Source: a virus
Lineage: Duplodnaviria; Caudoviricetes
DNA length: 64,000 nt
Strand: one strand, 5' to 3'
Virus record (IMG/VR): IMGVR_UViG_3300006922_000005
The translations under genes and the position numbers were made by a program. The number at the start of each line of letters is the position of its first letter. The first letter of the stretch is position 1. Positions 18,506-28,867 of this stretch are shown here, in pieces. The notes beneath the pieces are model-generated. The model ran no database searches. It saw only the letters and a program-made list of their open reading frames with translations, and was not told the DNA's origin.

Positions 18506-20211
18506 TAAGTAATATTTTCCCTTTTCTTTCTTAAAACAAAGATACCTAATCCATTCCAATAATCATCTGGATCTTCTCCAGTAGTTTGTAATTGTTTTTG
18601 AAATAATATTTTGTAATCTTTCTCTTTTATATGCTCATTGGTAGCATTTTGTATTTGTATCCAGTTCCAGTCATCCATAATCAATACAAAGGTCTCTTCA
18701 AACTTATCATAGTACCTTGATAAAAAGTTTTTTGTTTGTTCATATGTGTGATCTCCATCATAAAATACTATATTACTAGTATGTGGAATATTTGTCAAGT
18801 CTAAACTTTCAACAGGCTCATTAAAACCTAATACTCTATTTGGTCCTTTTACTTTGGACATATTATGTTGGAAGATCTTTAATGGATTACCATCTTTTCC
18901 TTGCCAACCATCTACTTCACGCATTGGTTCTATATCATTAGTGTGCCAACTATCAATACACACTGCTTGTATATTGTTTCCTTCTAATGCACTACAAAAT
19001 GTTGCACCATGCCATGTACCAATTTCTAAATATCTTACATCTTTTGTTTCACACAAGTTGTTTAAGAAATGCTTAATCTTATGACTAGTTAATCCTTCAA
19101 TTTGTAAGGTATTTTCAGACAACTTACTTGTATGGTCCATGCTTTTTTCAATAGCATTGTTAATTGAACTTATAAACTTATTTTTTGTTTTAGCACTTAC
19201 TACATCTTCGCAATAATGACATTTCCAGCAGTCAAATTTGCAATTTTTAATTTTATCACGCCATACTTTAATTGGTTTATTATCTAAATCACCAACATCA
19301 ATAAATTCATTAAAATTATCGAACAATATGTCTTGCTTACTTGCAAACCGTTCAACTAAATCCACTGTTTCCCATAATCTTTCAATTGACTCTCTGCCAT
19401 GCATCTTAAAAACATCAATTCCAGCGTCCATTAGTTCTACCCAGTCTTCTCTCCACGGAGTAAAGTTTGCTACTTTTAGTTGAGCGGCTGGATCCATAGC
19501 GTCCCATCTAGGACATGTAGGTTTAGATATTGGATCCATAAAGAAAGTAGGCGACATTGCTTCTTGTCTACTAAAATTAAACTCAAAATGTTCATCTTGT
19601 ACAGGACAATTACCCCAACACCCTTCATTGGCTAGTAAACTTATTTTAAAGTCAGGACAAATGTTCTTTCTTACGTATTCTTTGGCTTCTTTTATTTCTA
19701 AAAGTTTGTCTTTATCACGCATTAAGTCTCTATCTAAGTTTACGTAATAAAATCCTGCTTCTGCAAGTTTTACAACTTCGTTTGCACGTTGTACATTACG
19801 TAAAATTGTGTTTTTTACACGTAACTCAGGATATGCTTTTTGAATTGCTCCTTGTAACATCCACATAGTATGAGGAAGTGTTGCTATACGTACACCTGCT
19901 TCGTATAACGGTGCAAAGTTTTTAATCCATGTTTGTAAATTCTGCATAGTTGGTGGCACATTAATATTATTAAATGTTGCACTAACAGGTATGCCGATTA
20001 TTTCTTGTATTTGAACTGCGTTATCACTAATTGCTCCCCAATCGCCTTGATGGAAAACATCACCCATAGCGTCTTGGCCAAAAGGAGGTATACGACTAGT
20101 AAAGTATACATCATATATATACTTTTTATTTTTTTCTAAAAACGGAATAAATCGTTTTGTAAAACTATCGTAATCTAGTTTTGGATTCAGGGGAATCGAG
20201 AAGTTTTGCAT
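18505..20211 (-). CDS. Fusion of a U32-family (Fe-S hydroxylase-type) domain and a class I SAM-dependent methyltransferase
   Basis: N-half: NLDRDLMRD, LLANEGCWGNCP, GIDVFKMHGRE (compare U32 GVDSLKIEGR), CKFDCWKCHYC. C-half: YLEIGTWHG, FYDGDH, IMDDWNW. Start reassigned to MQNFSIPLNPKL at 20211. Confidence 0.7.
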   Translation of the reverse strand: MQNFSIPLNPKLDYDSFTKRFIPFLEKNKKYIYDVYFTSRIPPFGQDAMGDVFHQGDWGAISDNAVQIQEIIGIPVSATFNNINVPPTMQNLQTWIKNFAPLYEAGVRIATLPHTMWMLQGAIQKAYPELRVKNTILRNVQRANEVVKLAEAGFYYVNLDRDLMRDKDKLLEIKEAKEYVRKNICPDFKISLLANEGCWGNCPVQDEHFEFNFSRQEAMSPTFFMDPISKPTCPRWDAMDPAAQLKVANFTPWREDWVELMDAGIDVFKMHGRESIERLWETVDLVERFASKQDILFDNFNEFIDVGDLDNKPIKVWRDKIKNCKFDCWKCHYCEDVVSAKTKNKFISSINNAIEKSMDHTSKLSENTLQIEGLTSHKIKHFLNNLCETKDVRYLEIGTWHGATFCSALEGNNIQAVCIDSWHTNDIEPMREVDGWQGKDGNPLKIFQHNMSKVKGPNRVLGFNEPVESLDLTNIPHTSNIVFYDGDHTYEQTKNFLSRYYDKFEETFVLIMDDWNWIQIQNATNEHIKEKDYKILFQKQLQTTGEDPDDYWNGLGIFVLRKKRENIT

Positions 20212-20902
20212 TTTCTTGTACTGTGTCCTCAAGTTTTGGAACAATATCTACATTGTCCTTTTCTTTTAGCATGTTAATTAATTTCTGTTCAACATCTTTT
20301 TCAATAGCAACAATACCAGTTTCAAATTGTTTAGTATATTCTAATGCTCCGCGAATAATTTTATCTTGATCTGCATGAGGCATATGCATAATACTTTCAA
20401 GATTACCTGTACCAATTTTACCATATGAAAGCATTTCCATTGCCGCTTGTTTTCCCATACGTGAAATCCAATATTCTCGTTCTTTGGCTTCTTTATCATT
20501 TGACATGTCTAACATAGCATCTTTGTTAGGCATTAATGTTTTAAATTTCTTTAAAAATCGATCACGTTCTAAACGTACACCAGCAATCCTACGCTTGTTA
20601 CGTTCTAAATGATTTTCAAATTCTTCAATTTCAATCTCTAATAATTTTGATTTAGCAGGAGAAGTTTCTTGTTCAAGTTCTTCTTTTTTAATGTCAATTT
20701 CTGCTTGTTTTTTTCTGTCATCGAATGTACGATCTTCGATGGTTTGTGTTCTATGTTCAATCTCAACTAAACACTGTTTTGCTTTACGCCAATCAGTAAT
20801 GTTAGTATCTACAACATAACTATCCATTTGGTACTTACTGTACGCATAGTCAAAACCTAGCGAAAAGTCTATAATTTCATCGTTTGATAGTTCGTCAGAC
20901 AT
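20165..20902 (-). CDS. Coiled-coil protein, probably fibre-associated or a chaperone
   Basis: 245 aa with a long charged heptad region; GGAG SD; TAAATA at 20937-20942. Confidence 0.65.
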   Translation of the reverse strand: MSDELSNDEIIDFSLGFDYAYSKYQMDSYVVDTNITDWRKAKQCLVEIEHRTQTIEDRTFDDRKKQAEIDIKKEELEQETSPAKSKLLEIEIEEFENHLERNKRRIAGVRLERDRFLKKFKTLMPNKDAMLDMSNDKEAKEREYWISRMGKQAAMEMLSYGKIGTGNLESIMHMPHADQDKIIRGALEYTKQFETGIVAIEKDVEQKLINMLKEKDNVDIVPKLEDTVQENAKLLDSPESKTRLR

Positions 20903-20948
20903 GTTAACTCCTTATTAATAACATTAGTTATCAGAGTATTTAATGTGA

Positions 20949-21704
20949 CTAGATGTTCTTGAATAGTGTACGCATTGGAGTTACTTCTGCAACATCTTTA
21001 CCAAAATCAACTTCTAAGTATTTTTCAACAAATGCTTGTACTTGTGCTATTGTTGTACAGTTGTTTAATTCTTTGCGTAATTTTGTAGATACTGCTAACA
21101 CTTTGGCTACTTTTGTTTGATATTCTTCATTGTTTTTAATGATACTATCAGCAAAATTAGACGGTGTTACACCTTTTGCGTCAGCAAGTAATTTAAGTAA
21201 TGTACCTGTACTTCCGGATTCTTTGTATGCTAGTGCTTGTTGATATTGTAAATCCCATGTTTCTTTTTCAATAGGACCTCTATCTACATCAATTGCAGTG
21301 TATGCCATGTATGCAAATGTTGCAATTTTTCCTGTAATCCATGATTTATCATAATCTATAATCCAAGCCGCTTCAGAATTTGTCCATGGTAGTTTAGTTT
21401 TTTCCCATGTGTTACCTTCAGGGTCTCTGTCAGGCATTCCTGGTGCTGGTGTTTTAGTTGGTTTCCATGTATCAGAAATTTCACCAGTTTGATCACAAGT
21501 CCAATATTCGTTATAGGACTTCATAGAATTCGTTACACCTTTCTCATATGCTTCATCAGTAAACTTTTTAGCATATATAAAACTTGACCAGTCGATGTAT
21601 TCTAATGTTGCATCATTAATCTCTGCAACAATTCCACCAAACTCAGTTTTAATTGTTCTTATGTAACCGTTTTCTTGTTCTCTTCCAAAATATAATAATT
21701 TCAT
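20949..21704 (-). CDS. Putative tail-fibre assembly chaperone
   Basis: ETWDLQYQQALAY...LLKLLADAKG....FADSII resembles the helical domain of phage fibre-assembly proteins; starts 2 nt after the fibre gene stop. Confidence 0.55.
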   Translation of the reverse strand: MKLLYFGREQENGYIRTIKTEFGGIVAEINDATLEYIDWSSFIYAKKFTDEAYEKGVTNSMKSYNEYWTCDQTGEISDTWKPTKTPAPGMPDRDPEGNTWEKTKLPWTNSEAAWIIDYDKSWITGKIATFAYMAYTAIDVDRGPIEKETWDLQYQQALAYKESGSTGTLLKLLADAKGVTPSNFADSIIKNNEEYQTKVAKVLAVSTKLRKELNNCTTIAQVQAFVEKYLEVDFGKDVAEVTPMRTLFKNI

Positions 21705-21706
21705 TT

Positions 21707-24700
21707 TTAAATCCCTGTACTAAAGCACGCCCCTGATGAACATCCAGGCTGGCCTTTTGGTTGTAATGCACTTTGTCCACTTGATCCGTTACTCATACTA
21801 TCATTTGAATATGTAAGTTTCCAACTGTCGTTAGCCTGACCATTTGAACCCTGCCACATACCAACTGAATATCCTGCATCTTGACCCATTTGCATGTTAT
21901 GCTCACCCTGTGTGTTCTGACCATTCGGGAAGTTACCAATTGTACCTTGCGAACTGTCATTACTTGAGTTGACTTTTTCTAAGTTACGTGAGTTGTTTGG
22001 TGGCCCAATGTAGTAGTAACCATACTTACTTGTTAAGCCTTTTGAGTGAGTACCTTGTGTACCAAACATACCACTCCATGATTCTGTACTAAACGAAATC
22101 TTTCTGTGTGTACCATTCCAGTGATAACCAGCAGTACTACTCCATGCCGCTCCAACATAGTCAGAACTTAAACCTGAGTTGTTAACGTTTGTACGCATTG
22201 TTTCTGTAGAGTGATTCATAATGTCTGTATTAGCACTACCACCACCTGTGATTACACTAAACTGTGTATCATAGTTTGAAACACCGTGGTCATTACGTCC
22301 AGTACTCATGTTCAACGAACTATTATTGTAACCCTTACTACTATCGTTAGTCATATTAAATGCCCAACCTCTGTTAGAGTTTGTAGGATAACTTGGATCG
22401 TTACCCCATGACCAACCTGTTACATCACTATGTCCACCGTCCATATATGTACCTGGTTGACTCATTATGTTACCTAAGTTATTTGAAGTATCATTTGAGT
22501 GACTTGTTCTGTTAACGTTTGACCATGGAACTGAACTCTTATATCCACCTGCCATATAACCTCTGTTAATAACAGTTCTATATCTCCAAGTAGTTCTACC
22601 TTTAATATTAAACGTTACATCATCACTTGCTGGGAACGCCGCATCGTCTGTAACTCTAATAGTTACTGAACCTGTTCTGTCGTATGCTCTGTTCAACCAA
22701 CTGTGATTAATTGTACCACTAATCAAACCTGTTCCTGCATTTAAACTTAGACCGTTACTGAATAATCCTTCAGGGTCTGCTTGTACACTGTAACTAACTG
22801 TTTGTCCTGGATCTGGTTCATTTGCTGTAAGTTGGATACTTGTTGTACCGTATGTACTATCACTTGTTGTACCATCGTCACCACCCGGTGTTGTACCTGC
22901 TGTTGGTGATGTAAATGTTGGTGCAGTATTCTGTAAAATCTCTATTGAGTAAATTACATCAGTGTTTGTTGTACCATTTGTACCTTGTGAAGCAAATCTA
23001 ACTGTAAATGTTTTAGTTGTTGTACTTGGAACACTTGGTAATGTACCTGTAATTGCACCAGTTGCACTGTTCATTGTTAACGGACCGCCTTGGTCTGCAA
23101 ATAAACTTCCTGCATCAAGTATAACAGTGTAAGTAATTGTATCACCATCTGCATCTGTTGCTGTACAACTTGTAATATTAACTGTTGTAGTTTCTGAGAA
23201 ACTACCTAAACTACCTGCTGGTGTATTAGCAGTAGGAGCATTATCAATTTCAATACCTCTTGGTAATGTTGATTTAGATCCGTTTGTAGTTGTAAGTTCT
23301 ACATTGTATCTACCTGCCGCTAGTCCACTAAACACGCCTGCGCCTGTTTGTACTGTAATTTCCTGTTCACTTACATATGTAACTGAACTCAATGGAACTG
23401 TAATAGTACCAAATTTAACACCTGTTGGATCACTAAATTTATCACCTAAGATTTCAATTGTAGTGTCTACATCTGGATCAAATATGTTTGGTGTAATACT
23501 AACAATACTTAGACCAGCACCGCCTGATGTTGCCCATTCTGTACCGTTATAGAATTCAATTGTTTTTAAAGTAGTGTTATAACGTAACATACCTTCAATT
23601 GTTTCTGTTGGACGTTGGTTAGTTGCACCACGTGCAAGTACCAAAGCGTCTGTACCCATAAATCCTGATTTAACAAATTTGTATACAGCACCTTCTGTTG
23701 GCACACTGTTATCTGAAATATCTGTTAAGTTTGGATCTGTACTAAATTCGTTAATAGTAGCACCAGTTTTACCTGCTGTAATACTACCAAGTTGTAGTTC
23801 GTTCAAACCTGTTAAGTCAAATTCTTCTGACGATAGTGTTGCTCTACCAGTGGCCTGTTCAACCTTAAAGTAGTCACCAACTCTAAAGTTACCATCTTGG
23901 TCAGTGGTTACGTAGAATACTCTACCACCGTTTTGTGAAACAGTTTCTGCTTCTTGGTTTGGTGTTTGTCCGTAGTCTGCTTTAATAATAACTGGATAGT
24001 TAGTATCAGCAAATCCACCTGTACCAATGTCTAAGAAGTCATGTCCTGTCATACGTACCTGACTAAATGCTTCACGTATTGTTACTCTTGCACCTTCGTC
24101 TGGTGTTTTGTTACTTGGAACTTTTGGATCAACAGCAATGTTTGATGTACCATAATTTATTTTTGCTGGAGCCGCCGCTTTACCAATATTAATAATATCA
24201 ATTACTACTTGTACAAGTGCCTGTGCTCTAGCATCTGATCCTGCTTCTCTAACAAGTCCTGCGTCTGTAACCTGTGAAACTGCACCACGTACTGTTGTTG
24301 GTACTGTTTCGTTAATAACGTTACCAATAATAGTTTTCAAGTATGTGTTTGCCGCAACTGTTTCTGCTTTTTGTGTTGTAATTGCATATCTTGCTGATGG
24401 ACTTGAATAATATGAATAACCAGCATCAACTGATTGACCATTTGATGCTGTGTCTAAATCAAATAGTACTGCATCAATAATTAATCCTGTATCACGTCTA
24501 CATAATGCTGTGTCATACACCAATGATGGATATGTTGCATCAATATATTGAATAACTTCTTCTTGTAAGAATTCTTTGTTAGCATTAAGCAATGCATAAG
24601 CATTTGGATCATTTCCAGTTACAAATGTAGGTTGTTGGTAACCACTTGTAGAAATAATAAAGTAAGTTTCACTATCTCCATCAATAAATGCTACCGAACC

Positions 24701-27700
24701 ATCTTTAATTGGTCTTGTTAAACCGTCAACTGTGAAACTAATACCTGTACCAATACTAGCAAAACCTTGTCTAGTTGCTTGGATCGATAATACTTTTTCT
24801 GGTGAGTTATCAACAACACCGTTTGTATCTGTAAGTGCAAGTGTTGCATCACTAAAGTCCATATCATGGAATTTGTAATCTAAAATAGTTGCATCTTCAA
24901 TAGTAGGTGTAACTGTAATATAATTGTATGCTCCACTTGAATCATCTAGTGTACCAAAGCCACCACCTGTTCTTGTAAAGTTAAAGTAACCTGCATTATT
25001 ACCGTTAGTCATACCTGCCATAATCAAGTTTACACCATCAATGGAGATACTGTTTAATTCTACACCTGAATCGTTATCTGATAATTCTCTACTAAATGCA
25101 TGTATACCTGTTGAATCAAAACTTGAAATCAAACCATTGTATACATTAGATCCTGCAACTGTTTCAATAGAACCAACTGCATAAAGTTCATCACCTAATG
25201 GAGTAACTGCTTTATAACGTCCTGTTTTTAATGAAGCATATTGTTTTTGCCACGCAACTTCACCATCTAATCTAATTCTTGCAAGAATTGGGTTATCATA
25301 TGTGTTAACTGTTGGAGGTGATCTCATCTCTGCATTTTCACCATTTACAAATGTTCCACTTGTAATGTTAACATCAATAATGTGCTGGTTACCTGTAACA
25401 CCTTGGTTAGCAACTATTGTTGCAACTCCAGTACCACTACTGAATAAACTATAACCTACTGTAATATTAGCATCTTGATCTAGTGTTGCTCCACCTGTAT
25501 CAAAAGCAATTCTAACAGATCCACCTTGACCACCGCCAATGTTTACGTTAGCAACTGTAGTTGCTGTTGATCCTGAATATGTTAACTGTGTTTGTGGGTA
25601 AGCATATGAAGTAACACTTCTTACATACTGTCCACCAACTGCAAAGTATAAACCATCTTCACCAGTATTGTCAAATTTCATATCAAACATACTATAGTCG
25701 CCTAAGTGGAAACTCTTAACGTAGTTTCCGTTTGAATCATATGCTACAATACCTGTTTCGTTTGCAGTAGTATCGTTAAATCCTAAAAATACTTTTCCTT
25801 CTAAGTCTGCCGCACCTTCTGTTACGTATGTTACGGTACTTGATAAACTTTCTCTACCAAATGCTAGACTTACAACGTCAATTGAGTTAGTTGTACTACC
25901 ATCATAGTTGATAGTTTCACTCCATTGTATTACACCACCATTTGATAATTTAGCAAGTGTTGCACCTGCTGTTGAGTGATTACCTGCTATGTATAATGCT
26001 TGACCTTCGTCATGTACCATACCTGTAATATTATCTGTAGCAGAAATAACTTTCTGCCATTGTATTTCACCTAGTCTTGTAAACTTAACAATAAAACCTT
26101 TGTATACACTGTTTTGATAAATTCTACCTGCCGCATAATATCCGCCTGCAGTATCTTCACATACACAATTAAGTTCTCCTGGGAAACCAACGTTATCACT
26201 TGTTGGAGCACCTAGTGTTTGTTGCCAATCTAATGTGTTACCTGTCCATCTTGCAAAATACATGTAAGATGATGACTGTTGGAAAGTTGCATAGTTTGTA
26301 CCTGAGTACCCTGGTGCTGTATGACCAACTGCAAAAATATCACCTGTTGAATCTTTAAACGAAGTATTAAATGTTACATCATGTTGTACTTCTTGAATAG
26401 CGTTTAGTTCTTGTGTTGCTAATCTAATATGTCCTGTTAATGGTGTTTCTGCTTGTGAAAAACCATCTGCTCTAACAGCAAATTCTCCATATGCACTTGA
26501 ACCGTTAACTGAACGAATCTTACCACCGCTTTCTGCTAGGTAACCTACATCACAATAATATGTAAACACTGACACAAGTTCTGAACGTCCGTCATTTAGT
26601 GCGTGTACACCAATACCATCGGAGTTAATTTGTGTCCAGTCATTTGCAACCATACTCTTATAACCACCATTGTGTAGAGCACCGTCAATTTTCATTCCAG
26701 TACCACCTGGTGTAAAGTTTGTACAGTTTTGTACGTATGGCGACTGTGAAGTAATCCATACGCTAGTATCGTTTGGTCCAGTACCTGGATCTAACTGTGC
26801 TTGTACACTACCAGTACTAAAGTTTCTAAATACAATGTTACGTAATCTTGCACCATTGTTCATTTGGAATACTGCGGAGTTAGCATTTGGAGTAGATCCG
26901 TCATCGGATATACCAACACCAAAACCATTGTCATTTGTTGTATCAGGTTGTACATCAACAGCACCTAAGCCGCCGCCTTCTACAACAATACCTTTACCAA
27001 CTCTAATTGGACATTGTTCTGTATATGATCCAGAAGCAATAGCAATAATACTTTGGCCTCTGTTGAATACTGTATCACAAGCATGTCTAATTGTTTTCCA
27101 TGCTGTTGCTGGTGTTCTACCATCGTTTGAATCATCACCTTGTGGCGATACAAAATAATCTTGTTGTGGAGTTTGAGCACCCCATTTTACATCAGTTCCA
27201 TCACTGTATAAGTATGAACCTGCTGGTCCAATTGCTAGTGGAACGTTTCCAACTGTACCTCTAACAACCATGTCACCACGTGTTGTAGTAATAGTACTTG
27301 CATCACCTTGTGCAACTAGACTCCAATCACTTGCTGAAACATTAGGAGTATCACCAATTGTTTCTCTTAGTGCGATATAAGAACTTAAATTATATTCTAC
27401 AACATCATCTGTATAGTATGTTGTTGTTGCATTATATTGTCCATTCCATTTCATACCTGGAAGGAATGTTGACCATATACCGCCACCACTTGCTGGATCA
27501 CTTGGGTTATTAGAAAGTGTAGAAGTGTGTACTACTTGTGCTTCCCATAATCTACCACCTTCTAATACAATATCACCTGGATAGTATTCTGTAGTATCTT
27601 GCCAAATTCCTTTATATTCAAAGGCTTCAACAAACACATCATAATATTGTGTAGTTGTTGGTGTTGTACCTACTGGTGGAGTTTGTCCTTGTTTAACAAT

Positions 27701-28843
27701 ATATCTTTTTGCTCCATACTTAATAACGTCACCAGCGGAGTAAACTGTAGTATTATCCCATGTACCTCTTTCATTATAAGAAGTTGCAAAGATATCCCAG
27801 TTGTTTGTTTCTGTTGGTGCTACGCCTGCAGAGTCATTTTTAGCAATGTAAAGATAACCACCGTATGTAACAATGTCTTGGAAGAAATAACTTTCTGAAG
27901 AATTATAAGCACCTCTCCAACCTGCGCCTGCGGCAACTAATGCCCAGTAAACTGAACTTTCACTAACAGTAATTGTTGACCAATCATCGTTAGTTGCTTG
28001 TTCAGTCATGTCAGGATGGTTATGACAGTACCAATATAAAGTATCTGGTGAACTTTGTGGTACAGTAATTCTTACTTGTCTTGTTGTTGCGGCATCAAAG
28101 CCTGCTAGGTATTGTGTTCTACCTAATTGTAATTGTCCGTCTAAATAATATTCAACACCTTCTTCGTATACTGCTCCACCTGCGTGTGAACCATTTCCTG
28201 TTCTTGAAAATAGTATTGGGTGTCCGTTGTTAGTACCACTATCTTGATTAAAGATATAAGTGTTACCTTCAGTAAACGCTAAGTCTGGTGCTTGTGTTCC
28301 GTCTACAAAATATCTGTTACCACCTGTGCCACCTAAAGTATCAACATTAACAGTAATAGTGTATGTAGTAGCGGATGGGGCGCCACCTGGTTTATTACTA
28401 CCTGTTGTGTGTTGAAGATTTAAGTAAAGTGAATTTCCGTAAGTTACTAGGTTACCAATATTATATTCTGATGCGTTATTATATTCGCCATCATATTGTA
28501 AACCTGAAATATATAAGTTTGAATTTGTACTAGTAGAACTTTCAAAGTTTGCTCCCGCAGTGTGTCCTGTAAGTACAATATAAACGTTTGATTTATATTT
28601 TACAATATCACCTGGTTTGTAAACTGTTGCTGTTACCCAATCACCTTTCCAGTCAGTACCGCCTGCCATTTTTTCAAGTTTATCACTTGATAAATCTGCT
28701 TCGACATTTGAAGAAGTGTGATTTTCTTTTACTACATATGATATACCACCATGTAGTACTACATCGTCTTTAATGTATGAGTAGCCTGTTACCCAAGCGC
28801 CTCTCCATTTAAACTTAATTCTACCTAGATTAAAATCTGCCAT
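21707..28843 (-). CDS. Giant tail fibre/spike protein A (2378 aa)
   Basis: N-terminal W...T.Y..GD.V.Y.G..Y repeats; YFVSPQGDDSNDG plus a probable beta-helix; propeller-like region; FSQVRMTGHDFLDIGTG; Ig-like domains; Asn/Gly/Ser-rich tip. Confidence 0.85.
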   Translation of the reverse strand: MADFNLGRIKFKWRGAWVTGYSYIKDDVVLHGGISYVVKENHTSSNVEADLSSDKLEKMAGGTDWKGDWVTATVYKPGDIVKYKSNVYIVLTGHTAGANFESSTSTNSNLYISGLQYDGEYNNASEYNIGNLVTYGNSLYLNLQHTTGSNKPGGAPSATTYTITVNVDTLGGTGGNRYFVDGTQAPDLAFTEGNTYIFNQDSGTNNGHPILFSRTGNGSHAGGAVYEEGVEYYLDGQLQLGRTQYLAGFDAATTRQVRITVPQSSPDTLYWYCHNHPDMTEQATNDDWSTITVSESSVYWALVAAGAGWRGAYNSSESYFFQDIVTYGGYLYIAKNDSAGVAPTETNNWDIFATSYNERGTWDNTTVYSAGDVIKYGAKRYIVKQGQTPPVGTTPTTTQYYDVFVEAFEYKGIWQDTTEYYPGDIVLEGGRLWEAQVVHTSTLSNNPSDPASGGGIWSTFLPGMKWNGQYNATTTYYTDDVVEYNLSSYIALRETIGDTPNVSASDWSLVAQGDASTITTTRGDMVVRGTVGNVPLAIGPAGSYLYSDGTDVKWGAQTPQQDYFVSPQGDDSNDGRTPATAWKTIRHACDTVFNRGQSIIAIASGSYTEQCPIRVGKGIVVEGGGLGAVDVQPDTTNDNGFGVGISDDGSTPNANSAVFQMNNGARLRNIVFRNFSTGSVQAQLDPGTGPNDTSVWITSQSPYVQNCTNFTPGGTGMKIDGALHNGGYKSMVANDWTQINSDGIGVHALNDGRSELVSVFTYYCDVGYLAESGGKIRSVNGSSAYGEFAVRADGFSQAETPLTGHIRLATQELNAIQEVQHDVTFNTSFKDSTGDIFAVGHTAPGYSGTNYATFQQSSSYMYFARWTGNTLDWQQTLGAPTSDNVGFPGELNCVCEDTAGGYYAAGRIYQNSVYKGFIVKFTRLGEIQWQKVISATDNITGMVHDEGQALYIAGNHSTAGATLAKLSNGGVIQWSETINYDGSTTNSIDVVSLAFGRESLSSTVTYVTEGAADLEGKVFLGFNDTTANETGIVAYDSNGNYVKSFHLGDYSMFDMKFDNTGEDGLYFAVGGQYVRSVTSYAYPQTQLTYSGSTATTVANVNIGGGQGGSVRIAFDTGGATLDQDANITVGYSLFSSGTGVATIVANQGVTGNQHIIDVNITSGTFVNGENAEMRSPPTVNTYDNPILARIRLDGEVAWQKQYASLKTGRYKAVTPLGDELYAVGSIETVAGSNVYNGLISSFDSTGIHAFSRELSDNDSGVELNSISIDGVNLIMAGMTNGNNAGYFNFTRTGGGFGTLDDSSGAYNYITVTPTIEDATILDYKFHDMDFSDATLALTDTNGVVDNSPEKVLSIQATRQGFASIGTGISFTVDGLTRPIKDGSVAFIDGDSETYFIISTSGYQQPTFVTGNDPNAYALLNANKEFLQEEVIQYIDATYPSLVYDTALCRRDTGLIIDAVLFDLDTASNGQSVDAGYSYYSSPSARYAITTQKAETVAANTYLKTIIGNVINETVPTTVRGAVSQVTDAGLVREAGSDARAQALVQVVIDIINIGKAAAPAKINYGTSNIAVDPKVPSNKTPDEGARVTIREAFSQVRMTGHDFLDIGTGGFADTNYPVIIKADYGQTPNQEAETVSQNGGRVFYVTTDQDGNFRVGDYFKVEQATGRATLSSEEFDLTGLNELQLGSITAGKTGATINEFSTDPNLTDISDNSVPTEGAVYKFVKSGFMGTDALVLARGATNQRPTETIEGMLRYNTTLKTIEFYNGTEWATSGGAGLSIVSITPNIFDPDVDTTIEILGDKFSDPTGVKFGTITVPLSSVTYVSEQEITVQTGAGVFSGLAAGRYNVELTTTNGSKSTLPRGIEIDNAPTANTPAGSLGSFSETTTVNITSCTATDADGDTITYTVILDAGSLFADQGGPLTMNSATGAITGTLPSVPSTTTKTFTVRFASQGTNGTTNTDVIYSIEILQNTAPTFTSPTAGTTPGGDDGTTSDSTYGTTSIQLTANEPDPGQTVSYSVQADPEGLFSNGLSLNAGTGLISGTINHSWLNRAYDRTGSVTIRVTDDAAFPASDDVTFNIKGRTTWRYRTVINRGYMAGGYKSSVPWSNVNRTSHSNDTSNNLGNIMSQPGTYMDGGHSDVTGWSWGNDPSYPTNSNRGWAFNMTNDSSKGYNNSSLNMSTGRNDHGVSNYDTQFSVITGGGSANTDIMNHSTETMRTNVNNSGLSSDYVGAAWSSTAGYHWNGTHRKISFSTESWSGMFGTQGTHSKGLTSKYGYYYIGPPNNSRNLEKVNSSNDSSQGTIGNFPNGQNTQGEHNMQMGQDAGYSVGMWQGSNGQANDSWKLTYSNDSMSNGSSGQSALQPKGQPGCSSGACFSTGI

Positions 28844-28867
28844 GTTCTATTACCCATCCTTATTTAT

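Noticed and set aside
19205-19245. CxxxCxxC in CKFDCWKCHYC as a radical SAM motif
   Set aside because: It lies at the end of the domain, lacks the aromatic residue before the third Cys, and continues as a four-Cys pattern; the surrounding motifs fit U32.
21707-22620. Possible diversity-generating retroelement target (Asn/AAC-rich fibre tip)
   Set aside because: No reverse transcriptase and no template/variable repeat pair differing at adenines was seen in the window; a trans-acting element elsewhere cannot be excluded.
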